Shown here in pieces: positions 19,206 to 26,715 of a stretch of DNA of 45,160 nt. The notes under the pieces were generated by a model, which was not told the origin of the DNA, did not search any database, and saw only the letters and a list, made by a program, of their open reading frames with translations. The stretch is from a virus (taxonomy: Duplodnaviria; Caudoviricetes): IMG/VR virus record IMGVR_UViG_3300046009_003661, positions 1 through 45,160 of that record; one strand, given 5' to 3'. Each line of letters opens with the position of its first letter. Positions within the stretch are counted from its first letter, which is position 1. The position numbers were made by a program, and so were the translations under genes.

Positions 19206-19865
19206 TTATTCGTTTAAGAGTGTCAAAATCTCATCTAATGCTTCATGTCTATGATTATCCGTTAAAATAATTTCATTGACCCATTTTGAATTTCTAATTT
19301 TAGGCACTTCGTGTGTGGCAGAATCATTTTTAAATTTCAAATCTATTTGATACTTATCTCCACATAAAATCATGATGCTATCTTTACCTAATCTAGACAG
19401 TACCATTTGCAACTGTTGTTTAGTTAAATTTTGAAATTCATCCACAATGCAAACTGCATTATCAAATGTACGACCTCGGAAGTGTGCCAATGAAACTAAT
19501 TCAATGTTTTCTTCGCGTTCCATTTTTTCTAGAATTTCTGGTTTATTATAAACTTTTCGCATATTGCTACGAATTGGAACTAACCATGGCTCCATTTTTT
19601 CACGTTCTGATCCTGGCAAGAATCCATTGTCTTCTGTTGATACTGTGGGACGTGTTATGATTATTTTGTTGGTTCTTCGTTTAAAGAATAAATCTAATGC
19701 AATTTGTACTGCTAACAATGTTTTTCCAGATCCGGCTTTACCTAATATAAAATTGAATGGAGTTTCAATAATTTTTGTTTTTGCTTCTTTTTGTTCTTCC
19801 GATAATGCAATTGAAAATTTAATGTCGTTCTTCGGTGGAGTTTTCTCCTTATTCGGTGTTGCCAT
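19206..19865 (-). CDS. phoH: PhoH-like ATPase
   Basis: GKAGSGKT Walker A; TRP, GFLPG, RGRTF, VDEFQN, SRLG, GD..Q.D and NHRH motifs. Confidence 0.95.
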   Translation of the reverse strand: MATPNKEKTPPKNDIKFSIALSEEQKEAKTKIIETPFNFILGKAGSGKTLLAVQIALDLFFKRRTNKIIITRPTVSTEDNGFLPGSEREKMEPWLVPIRSNMRKVYNKPEILEKMEREENIELVSLAHFRGRTFDNAVCIVDEFQNLTKQQLQMVLSRLGKDSIMILCGDKYQIDLKFKNDSATHEVPKIRNSKWVNEIILTDNHRHEALDEILTLLNE

Positions 19866-19883
19866 AATAACCTTTTGTTAAAT

Positions 19884-20159
19884 TTAAAATGTTTTTGTGA
19901 GTGTTGATTCTTTCAATATCATTTCTTTGAGTGTATCAATTTTACCTACACATAGTTTTTGTATAGCGCGATATGTATCTCGGGGAGGATATTGAGTTAA
20001 AATTTTGATTGTAATTAATTCTTTGTCTGGTCCTAAATCTTGTTCTATATGAACCATGAGTACTAAACGAATTGCTCGTATGCGATCTAAAACATCAATT
20101 AGTCGACCATCATATCGAACTATTGCCTGCATTGAATATTTGTTCCTAGGAACTGCCAT
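19884..20159 (-). CDS. Hypothetical protein
   Basis: 91 aa, with a late motif and AAAGGA RBS upstream. Confidence 0.7.
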   Translation of the reverse strand: MAVPRNKYSMQAIVRYDGRLIDVLDRIRAIRLVLMVHIEQDLGPDKELITIKILTQYPPRDTYRAIQKLCVGKIDTLKEMILKESTLTKTF

Positions 20160-20172
20160 ATACTTCCTTTAT

Positions 20173-20181
20173 TATAAATAT
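20173..20181 (-). promoter_or_regulatory. Putative late promoter ATATTTATA (hypothetical/phoH)
   Basis: Exact motif, 9 nt after a terminator T-tract. Confidence 0.7.
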
Positions 20182-20190
20182 TCGAACAGT

Positions 20191-20217
20191 AAAAAAGGGA
20201 TGACCGAAGCCACCCCT
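20191..20217 (-). terminator. Rho-independent terminator after the major capsid gene
   Basis: Minus strand GGGGTGGC-TTCG-GTCATCCC-TTTTTT, with a C(UUCG)G tetraloop. Confidence 0.9.
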
Positions 20218-20270
20218 TTCCTTATTCCTTAATTCAATAAATCATTAATTAAAATAATTCAAATTAAATA

Positions 20271-21911
20271 TTAAAGAGTATTCAATCCGTGTACGTATAC
20301 TTTACCGTAGAATTCTGAACGAACTACTTTTTTCGCGTAACGTGTCATAACACCTTTACGTGGTGTGAAGTTAACTGGATCGTATACTAATGGAGTCATG
20401 ATCAACGGAATATATGGACTAAATACAGCACCTGTTTCTAAGAACTGAGCACCTCTGAATCCCATTAAGATTACGTTTTCTGTCATGTATGGGTTTTTGT
20501 AAACTGTGTAACGATTATTAATCGCACCAATTTTTTGAACACCAGCTGCAAATTCCATTTTAGTACCGTCTGTATCTGCTGCAAATCCTGGGATAGACTC
20601 AAGGATTGTTGCTACTGATGGACTTGTTACTAAGAAATTAGCACCACCTCTTAAAGTTTTTTGGTGGATTTTGTTAGATACTTTTTGAAGTTTAGTACCT
20701 AATGTTTGGAACCAACCACCTTGAGTGTTATAGAAACCATCACCTGCTGCACCAACTGAACCAGCTGCTGCTTGTGTGAATGAAGTTCCATTCCAGATGT
20801 TGTTGTTCAATGCTGACCAATACTCAGTTGTTGGAGCTGCAGAGATTAACATGTCCAAGATCTCTAAATCGATTTCCATAGATACGTACTCAGATAACAT
20901 TGAAGTTAATTCTGCTTCAGCATCAATTGAATGGTAAGCGTTTAAATCTTGAGCAAATTCTGGAGTCCATACTGCTTTCAACTTACGTGTTTTAGCAACG
21001 ATTGGATCTGATTGCATTTCCAAGTTAATTTCTGGAATATCAATATTGGTATTGTATCCATTGCTGAATTGTCCAATATTGTCCTCAAAATCACCTCTAG
21101 TAACATCAGTTGGTTGTTTGCTATATTTAACTGTTAATGAGAAAGATCCTGTAGTTACAGCTGTAGAGTCGATAATGAAATCGATTGAACCAACTGTTGT
21201 TCCGTCTAATCTAGTGAATGCTGCATAGTTAGCTAATGGAGTTGACCCAGAAACTAATGCAAATGAACGAACTGCTAATGGATCTAAACCTGGCAATGAT
21301 GAAGTTGCAACAGTAATTCTTTTGTAAGAAGTTAATGCACTTGTAAAGTTACCGTCAAAGTTAACAGATCCAGAACCAGCTACAGAACCAGTACTAACTG
21401 TTGCTGCTGTACTTGAAGTTTCGTTCATTGAGTAACCAAAACGACCTGCACCATATAAACCACCTGCTGCATCTGAACCTGTAGTTGTTACACCGAACAT
21501 AGAGTCTAATGCATTAGGGTTACCAAATGGATCACCTGTTCTGTTTAAGTTATCATCATCAAATCCTGGTTGAGCTGTACCATATTTAAAATCTAAGTAA
21601 AATACTAGACCAGATGGCAAGTTCATTGGTTGAACTGATACAAATTCTTTTGCTGCAAATTCAGCAAAGATTCTTCTTACTAATGGTAAAGCAACACCAG
21701 CCCACTCTTCAGATCCTGCTGTTGTACCTGTAGACGATGCTTCTTTTACTAATTGACGTGCTTGGTTTTCAAGCAATTGAGCCATTCCGGCTTTTTCAGT
21801 TTCGGTTCTAAGACCTTCTAACAATCCTGTCTTCTCCCATTTAGAAACTGCTAATTTAGCATTGTTTCTTTGAACGAAGTCATTTGTTTGTAATAAATTT
21901 GAAATTGACAT
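20271..21911 (-). CDS. Major capsid protein (T4 gp23-like)
   Basis: KW...GLLEGL...LLENQA...LPLVRR...VSVQPMNLPSGLVF...AKTRKLKAVWTPEFAQDL.AYH.IDAEAEL...PYIPL...FTPRKGVMTRY. Confidence 0.97.
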   Translation of the reverse strand: MSISNLLQTNDFVQRNNAKLAVSKWEKTGLLEGLRTETEKAGMAQLLENQARQLVKEASSTGTTAGSEEWAGVALPLVRRIFAEFAAKEFVSVQPMNLPSGLVFYLDFKYGTAQPGFDDDNLNRTGDPFGNPNALDSMFGVTTTGSDAAGGLYGAGRFGYSMNETSSTAATVSTGSVAGSGSVNFDGNFTSALTSYKRITVATSSLPGLDPLAVRSFALVSGSTPLANYAAFTRLDGTTVGSIDFIIDSTAVTTGSFSLTVKYSKQPTDVTRGDFEDNIGQFSNGYNTNIDIPEINLEMQSDPIVAKTRKLKAVWTPEFAQDLNAYHSIDAEAELTSMLSEYVSMEIDLEILDMLISAAPTTEYWSALNNNIWNGTSFTQAAAGSVGAAGDGFYNTQGGWFQTLGTKLQKVSNKIHQKTLRGGANFLVTSPSVATILESIPGFAADTDGTKMEFAAGVQKIGAINNRYTVYKNPYMTENVILMGFRGAQFLETGAVFSPYIPLIMTPLVYDPVNFTPRKGVMTRYAKKVVRSEFYGKVYVHGLNTL

Positions 21912-21932
21912 TTCTTTTTCCTTTTTTTAATG

Positions 21933-22964
21933 TTATAGCAATCCTGCTAATTTTTTCCAACGATTAGCTAATTCAAAGCCTTCAGTTAAAACTTGAGTAG
22001 TTTCTTTCTTTGGAGCCGTTGATGCAGCTGGTTTAGATGCATACGATTCTTTAACTACGCGTTTTTTAGTTGATGGGCGATTGAATGATTCAGCCAATGT
22101 ACTAAATACTAATTTAACTTCTCTTGTGTTTCCAGCTCTGTCAAAGTTTTCAATTACTTTTATTTTTTGACCTTCTGTTAACTCAAAGTTACGGAACAAT
22201 TTGTTTGTGTAAAGAAGTTTTGCATTAAGCAAGTTAACTTCTGAAATTGTTGACTTCATGATGTGAATTGCATTGTAAGCTTCTTCTAACTCAGCTTTCA
22301 TGGCTTCCATTACTGAATCTTCTTCTGGCATTTCGTCTTCTTTGTCTTCTTCGTCTTCTTCGCGTAAGATTGATTCAATGATTTCATCGATGTTCATGTC
22401 CTCATCCATGTCGTCGCCTTCTTCCATTTCTTGTGGATTCATCTTCATGCCGTAACGTTTCTCCATCATCGGTTCGTCGTCCAACATGTCGTCGCCTTCT
22501 TCTAGATCGCCTTCTAATTCACGGATGATTGCTTCAAGATTAAGATCTTCATTGTACTCATCTGTGATTTCATCGTCACCCATCATGTCATCTGGCATTG
22601 GTGCTTCTTCGTCACCCATCATGTCGTCTTGCGGCATTTCCTCGTCGTCTTCCATTGCATTATCAATTTCAGCGTCAAATGTTTGTCCGCCTACGTTGAA
22701 TGAAATGTCGTTATCGACCCAGTCAACACCTTGTGTTTCGTCCTCTGCAGGTACATCACCCATATCACCCATATCGTCCATTGCTGGCTCTTCAGCTGGC
22801 AATTCTTCTTCACTATCAAGTTCGTTCTCGATCTGATCAGAAATCATACGTTGGATTCTTGGGGCAAATGCTTCTTGTAGAGCGATCTTTGCGTTTGCTA
22901 ATGCAGTTTCTTTAACAGCACGAGCGTCAGCGATTGCTTCTTTTAGCAAATCTGATTTTGCCAT
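21933..22964 (-). CDS. Prohead core scaffolding protein (gp22-like role)
   Basis: Very acidic centre and coiled-coil ends (EVNLLNAKLLY...RWKKLAG). Immediately upstream of the major capsid gene; TAGGAG RBS. Confidence 0.8.
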   Translation of the reverse strand: MAKSDLLKEAIADARAVKETALANAKIALQEAFAPRIQRMISDQIENELDSEEELPAEEPAMDDMGDMGDVPAEDETQGVDWVDNDISFNVGGQTFDAEIDNAMEDDEEMPQDDMMGDEEAPMPDDMMGDDEITDEYNEDLNLEAIIRELEGDLEEGDDMLDDEPMMEKRYGMKMNPQEMEEGDDMDEDMNIDEIIESILREEDEEDKEDEMPEEDSVMEAMKAELEEAYNAIHIMKSTISEVNLLNAKLLYTNKLFRNFELTEGQKIKVIENFDRAGNTREVKLVFSTLAESFNRPSTKKRVVKESYASKPAASTAPKKETTQVLTEGFELANRWKKLAGLL

Positions 22965-23074
22965 AAGTTTTACTCCTAAATTTTGTTTTTTGGAAATAAG
23001 ATTATTTGAAATCTTAATAGAATATTTTTAATTGTCTTTCACGCTATATTAAGGTAGGAATAGCGTATTCTAAG
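22965..23074 (-). promoter_or_regulatory. About 110-nt structured 5' leader of the scaffold/capsid operon
   Basis: Two 7-bp hairpins, ACGCTAT-N12-ATAGCGT (23066-23041) and TAAGATT-N6-AATCTTA (23016-22997), lie between the late motif and the RBS. Confidence 0.5.
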
Positions 23075-23083
23075 AATAAATAT
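23075..23083 (-). promoter_or_regulatory. Putative late promoter variant ATATTTATT (scaffold/capsid)
   Basis: One-mismatch motif after the bS21 terminator. Confidence 0.6.
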
Positions 23084-23104
23084 AAGCATGAATGAAAAAA
23101 CAGT

Positions 23105-23136
23105 AAAAAAGCCCTAACTTTTTACGGCTAGGGCTT
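23105..23136 (-). terminator. Rho-independent terminator after bS21
   Basis: Minus strand GCCCTAGC-CGTAAAAA-GTTAGGGC-TTTTTT. Confidence 0.85.
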
Positions 23137-23179
23137 AATTAGGACTTATACGGCGCAATTTGGAAACGCTTATAAGATT

Positions 23180-23425
23180 TTAATTTGCATGTTGATTGCG
23201 TACCATTTGCATAAACTTTGCATGTTGCAATTTCTGACGCTTTATTACTCCTGGTTTGATAAATTCTCGTCTATCTTTAGTTTGTTCTAAAATCCCGGCA
23301 GATTTTACTTTGCGTTTCCATGCTTTAAGTGCAAATGCTAAATCTTCTCTGGTAGATCCGATAACGTTGACAGCTAATGATTTTCCCGGTACTGTTTGTT
23401 GATGTTGTTTTTGTTTTTTACTCAT
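23180..23425 (-). CDS. rpsU: Phage-encoded 30S ribosomal protein bS21
   Basis: V.V....EDL..ALK.WKRKVKSAGIL...KDRREFIKP.V.KR is the bS21 family pattern. Has an N-terminal extension of about 15 aa. Confidence 0.85.
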   Translation of the reverse strand: MSKKQKQHQQTVPGKSLAVNVIGSTREDLAFALKAWKRKVKSAGILEQTKDRREFIKPGVIKRQKLQHAKFMQMVRNQHAN

Positions 23426-23442
23426 ATAACTTGTTTATAATT

Positions 23443-23916
23443 TTATGCAACCGGTTGTTCTGGTTGATTTCTTACTTTGAATCTAAAATGTTTGATGTTT
23501 GGTAATTGTGATATATACCCTTGAATTCGTTGAGCTTCTTTGCCCGGATTTTCTCCTAAACGAAAATAGATATATGCACTTTTTCCAGTTCCAGACAATT
23601 TTTTAGTTACTACAACAAATCCTTTTTTCTTGGTCCATTGTAAAATATCCATCAATGTTTGTTTGGCTAATGCTGGATCGATCATTACCATTTCAACTCC
23701 GCCTTGATACTCAGTAATACGATTATCTAAACGAGCTTCGTCGATTTCTTCCGATGTCATTGCAGACATAAGATCTTTTGTTTTTGTTAATTCTTTATTG
23801 TATTTTGTTAAATTTACAGTATCTTCTATATCTAAGCCAGGAACCACCGGATGTTTTTTTGCTGTTTGTTCAGTTAATCCAAAATAGTCTCGATATAATT
23901 GTTTTAGTTTATTCAT
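23443..23916 (-). CDS. Hypothetical protein
   Basis: Likely start is the ATG at 23916 (MNKLKQ), because the longer track start overlaps the promoter-like site. Confidence 0.65.
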   Translation of the reverse strand: MNKLKQLYRDYFGLTEQTAKKHPVVPGLDIEDTVNLTKYNKELTKTKDLMSAMTSEEIDEARLDNRITEYQGGVEMVMIDPALAKQTLMDILQWTKKKGFVVVTKKLSGTGKSAYIYFRLGENPGKEAQRIQGYISQLPNIKHFRFKVRNQPEQPVA

Positions 23917-23928
23917 TTTATTGCCTTT

Positions 23929-23958
23929 AATATAAAAAATATCAATCAAATATCCAAA
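23929..23958 (-). promoter_or_regulatory. Putative host-sigma-type promoter TTTG-N20-TATATT upstream of the hypothetical + bS21 pair
   Basis: Same architecture as the sites at 8764, 41763 and 41914. Confidence 0.55.
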
Positions 23959-24336
23959 TTATTGAACATCAAAATAACGGTTTAAATGTTGTCCGATATT
24001 TTCATAACACATTGCCATTCGATCTTGTGATTCTTTTAATTCACGTGCCGCTTGTTCAAAATCACGATAATCTTCATGCATTCTTTTATTGTTCTTTTTG
24101 TGAGCAACATTAGACATCCAATCTTCGCCTTCTGTCATAATGCGGTCAGCATTTTCTACAATTCGTTTAACACGTTCAACAATTTGTTCTAAATCGCCTT
24201 TGCCATATACTGATTCACCCAATGCTGTAAAGTTAGCTACTTCTTGTACGAATGCTCTTTTTTCTTCCTTAGACATTGGTTGTGGCTTATCTTCTAGAAT
24301 CGTTTCCAAGATAAATTTTAAGTTCGGTGTTCTCAT
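23959..24336 (-). CDS. Hypothetical helical protein (head module)
   Basis: Likely start is the ATG at 24336 (MRTPNLKFILETILE), just after the protease stop. Confidence 0.7.
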   Translation of the reverse strand: MRTPNLKFILETILEDKPQPMSKEEKRAFVQEVANFTALGESVYGKGDLEQIVERVKRIVENADRIMTEGEDWMSNVAHKKNNKRMHEDYRDFEQAARELKESQDRMAMCYENIGQHLNRYFDVQ

Positions 24337-24337
24337 G

Positions 24338-24967
24338 TTATATTCTACATTTACCATTATCACATAAAATCGATGTAATAATGCTGTTTACTTTATTATA
24401 TTTGTTTGTGGTAGTACTAGTACCAACTGACTCGTGCATGTGCGTAGGCCGCATAAAAGCGCCATGAGTCGAAGGATTAGAAACAAAGTCCCAACAAATC
24501 AATTCAAAATCTTCTTGAACTTCAACGGTACCCTCACTTCGTAGTTCTTTAACAGATCCTAAACCACGAGATGATATACCTAGTGTGATACCTGCTTTGA
24601 ATAAAGCCTTTAAAATGTTTCCACTTGGAGTTTCAAGAATCTGTACAGCTCCTTTTAAATCATCACCATCCCACCAAATTTTCAAAATGTTATGTGATAC
24701 ATTGTTCAAGTTAACTACAGATGACTCTGGGTGATCTAATTCGCCTAACGCTCTGTGTTGATCAATATACTCATTTTGATATCGACGACATTCACGTTCT
24801 AGTATGTTTCTTGGATATATTCTACCATTTTGATTTTTAGATCCAGCTCTTTGCAAAACTCCTTGTACAACAAAACCACCAGGTATCCCATATGCAGCTC
24901 CACTCGATTCAGCAAGTGAACCAATTGGTTTAAATGGCATATATTCTACTATTAGTTGTTTGTTCAT
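24338..24967 (-). CDS. Prohead core protease (T4 gp21-like)
   Basis: NQNGRIYP, ALGELDHP, VSH, TPSG.IL, GISSRGLGS and DFVSNPST motifs. Confidence 0.95.
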   Translation of the reverse strand: MNKQLIVEYMPFKPIGSLAESSGAAYGIPGGFVVQGVLQRAGSKNQNGRIYPRNILERECRRYQNEYIDQHRALGELDHPESSVVNLNNVSHNILKIWWDGDDLKGAVQILETPSGNILKALFKAGITLGISSRGLGSVKELRSEGTVEVQEDFELICWDFVSNPSTHGAFMRPTHMHESVGTSTTTNKYNKVNSIITSILCDNGKCRI

Positions 24968-24968
24968 G

Positions 24969-25826
24969 TTATTCTCCTAATGATCTTACTCGTTCTGATA
25001 TTTTAATTAATCGTTCTGAAATTTTATTCAATGCTTTTGCCGTGGCAGGTCCGTATGTTGATGATGCTATGCCTGCTTCTGTTTTTAGTCTAGAATTATA
25101 TTGTACTAATTTTTCAATTTCATGAAGTTTTTTAGCAATTTCTTGTATTGTGTTTTTTACTTTGCGATCTGGCGACATATTTGCATCACCTGTTGCAAAG
25201 GAACGATATCCTTCAATAAGTTGTTCATATTTTTTTTCTAAAACATCATCAACTTTAAGTTTAGTTCCAGAATCTCGATCTTTTTTACGAGCAGTACCAG
25301 GTGTATTTGTTATATCTTTAGATGGATATTCCATATCTTTATTCCACCATATGTTATCATCTAATGAAAATGCAAATTTATCATTTTGTACTTCTTCGTC
25401 GAATTCTACCGTTTGATATTGTCCTGGCTTCGCTGTTTTAGAAACAGGGCCGACATCTTCATTTACATTTTCATATTTAATTGATTTGCTTTTCCATTTT
25501 CCTGGCTTAGCAAATGCAGCTGGCGTATTAAATCCTGCTACTGCTCCCGTAACATTTTGTTCGTCTAAATCATCCTCATTGACATACGCATCATATATTT
25601 CAATTGAATGTGAATCAAATATAGCTAGTAAATCTGCAAGTTCTGATGCATTGTCTGAATAATAATAATTAGATCCTCGCAAACTAATATCTTTATAATT
25701 TCTAGCAACATCAGCGTATATATCTAATGCTTCTCGAGCATCGCGTATAGCTACTTCTATATAATTAGTATCAGCTTGTTCATACTCAGCAAATTTATCA
25801 TCCATTTCTTTTAACAATGATCTCAT
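24969..25826 (-). CDS. Hypothetical head-module protein
   Basis: Between portal and protease; ATGA overlap with the upstream gene; coiled-coil C-terminus. Confidence 0.7.
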   Translation of the reverse strand: MRSLLKEMDDKFAEYEQADTNYIEVAIRDAREALDIYADVARNYKDISLRGSNYYYSDNASELADLLAIFDSHSIEIYDAYVNEDDLDEQNVTGAVAGFNTPAAFAKPGKWKSKSIKYENVNEDVGPVSKTAKPGQYQTVEFDEEVQNDKFAFSLDDNIWWNKDMEYPSKDITNTPGTARKKDRDSGTKLKVDDVLEKKYEQLIEGYRSFATGDANMSPDRKVKNTIQEIAKKLHEIEKLVQYNSRLKTEAGIASSTYGPATAKALNKISERLIKISERVRSLGE

Positions 25827-26674
25827 GAGTGCATTCCTTTTAATTCGCGAACTAAATCAAAATAACGTAACAATGATAGTACATGCGATTCTTTGATTGT
25901 TTTCATTGATTCTACATTGCAAAGCATTTCCGACAATGTGGCTACTTTAATTTTGGTTGCAGCATCCGTTATTGATTTTGTTTGTTTTGCTAAATCAGAT
26001 TTGATTGCAGGAATAATTTTTTGAATATATTCTCGCAATGCGGTTGTATCATTAACGTGAGTAATGTATTTGTTCAACAACTGTTTTTGAGATTCATCTA
26101 AAACTGAATATTTTTCATTGAATTTATCAATCAAAATTTTATATGATAATAATCTCATATCTTTTGGTTGAGCTTCAAATGTTTCCATTATAGAATCGAT
26201 TGCTGGTTTGACGCGTTCTGTAATTATACTGTGATCAATTATCGCACGTTTACATTCCATTAATTGTTTAGGATTATCTGTTTCATTGTATTCAAAAATC
26301 ATGTTGATTGATGCTAATACTTTGTAATTATTGATATGCATTTTTGCCATATCTGTAAACACAAATTTTTCTGAAATTTCTTTTACTAAATTATATCGTT
26401 GGCGTTTTAATAATGATTGATTTAATTTGTCATATGTCGATTTAACAGTACGAATATAATCTAGTGCGATAGCTTCACTTCTGAACTGTTCTTTTACTAG
26501 AGAATTATACAATTGTAATTCCTTAGATAATTCAGTGTTTCTGCCAAAATACTTTTTAATGATATCAATCGTTACTGATTTATTTGATGTCAATGTTTCT
26601 GAGGTTAGTTTCCTCACTAACATTTCAAATAAAATACCCGTATTTTTGTATTTTGAATGTTTGATTTTCTTCAT
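25823..26674 (-). CDS. Hypothetical head-module protein (possible prohead core component)
   Basis: 283-aa helical protein starting KIKHSKYKNTGILFEMLVR. Directly after portal, with its own late-motif variant. Confidence 0.7.
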   Translation of the reverse strand: MKKIKHSKYKNTGILFEMLVRKLTSETLTSNKSVTIDIIKKYFGRNTELSKELQLYNSLVKEQFRSEAIALDYIRTVKSTYDKLNQSLLKRQRYNLVKEISEKFVFTDMAKMHINNYKVLASINMIFEYNETDNPKQLMECKRAIIDHSIITERVKPAIDSIMETFEAQPKDMRLLSYKILIDKFNEKYSVLDESQKQLLNKYITHVNDTTALREYIQKIIPAIKSDLAKQTKSITDAATKIKVATLSEMLCNVESMKTIKESHVLSLLRYFDLVRELKGMHS

Positions 26675-26699
26675 GCTATATACGATGCCTTGTTTTTTT

Positions 26700-26708
26700 A
26701 ATAAATAT
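26700..26708 (-). promoter_or_regulatory. Putative late promoter variant ATATTTATT
   Basis: One-mismatch intergenic motif after the portal stop. Confidence 0.6.
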
Positions 26709-26715
26709 GTTTGTA

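Noticed and set aside
22400-22640. Short duplications in the scaffold gene (DDMMGD x2, EEGDDM x2)
   Set aside because: Low-complexity acidic repeats are ordinary for scaffold proteins.
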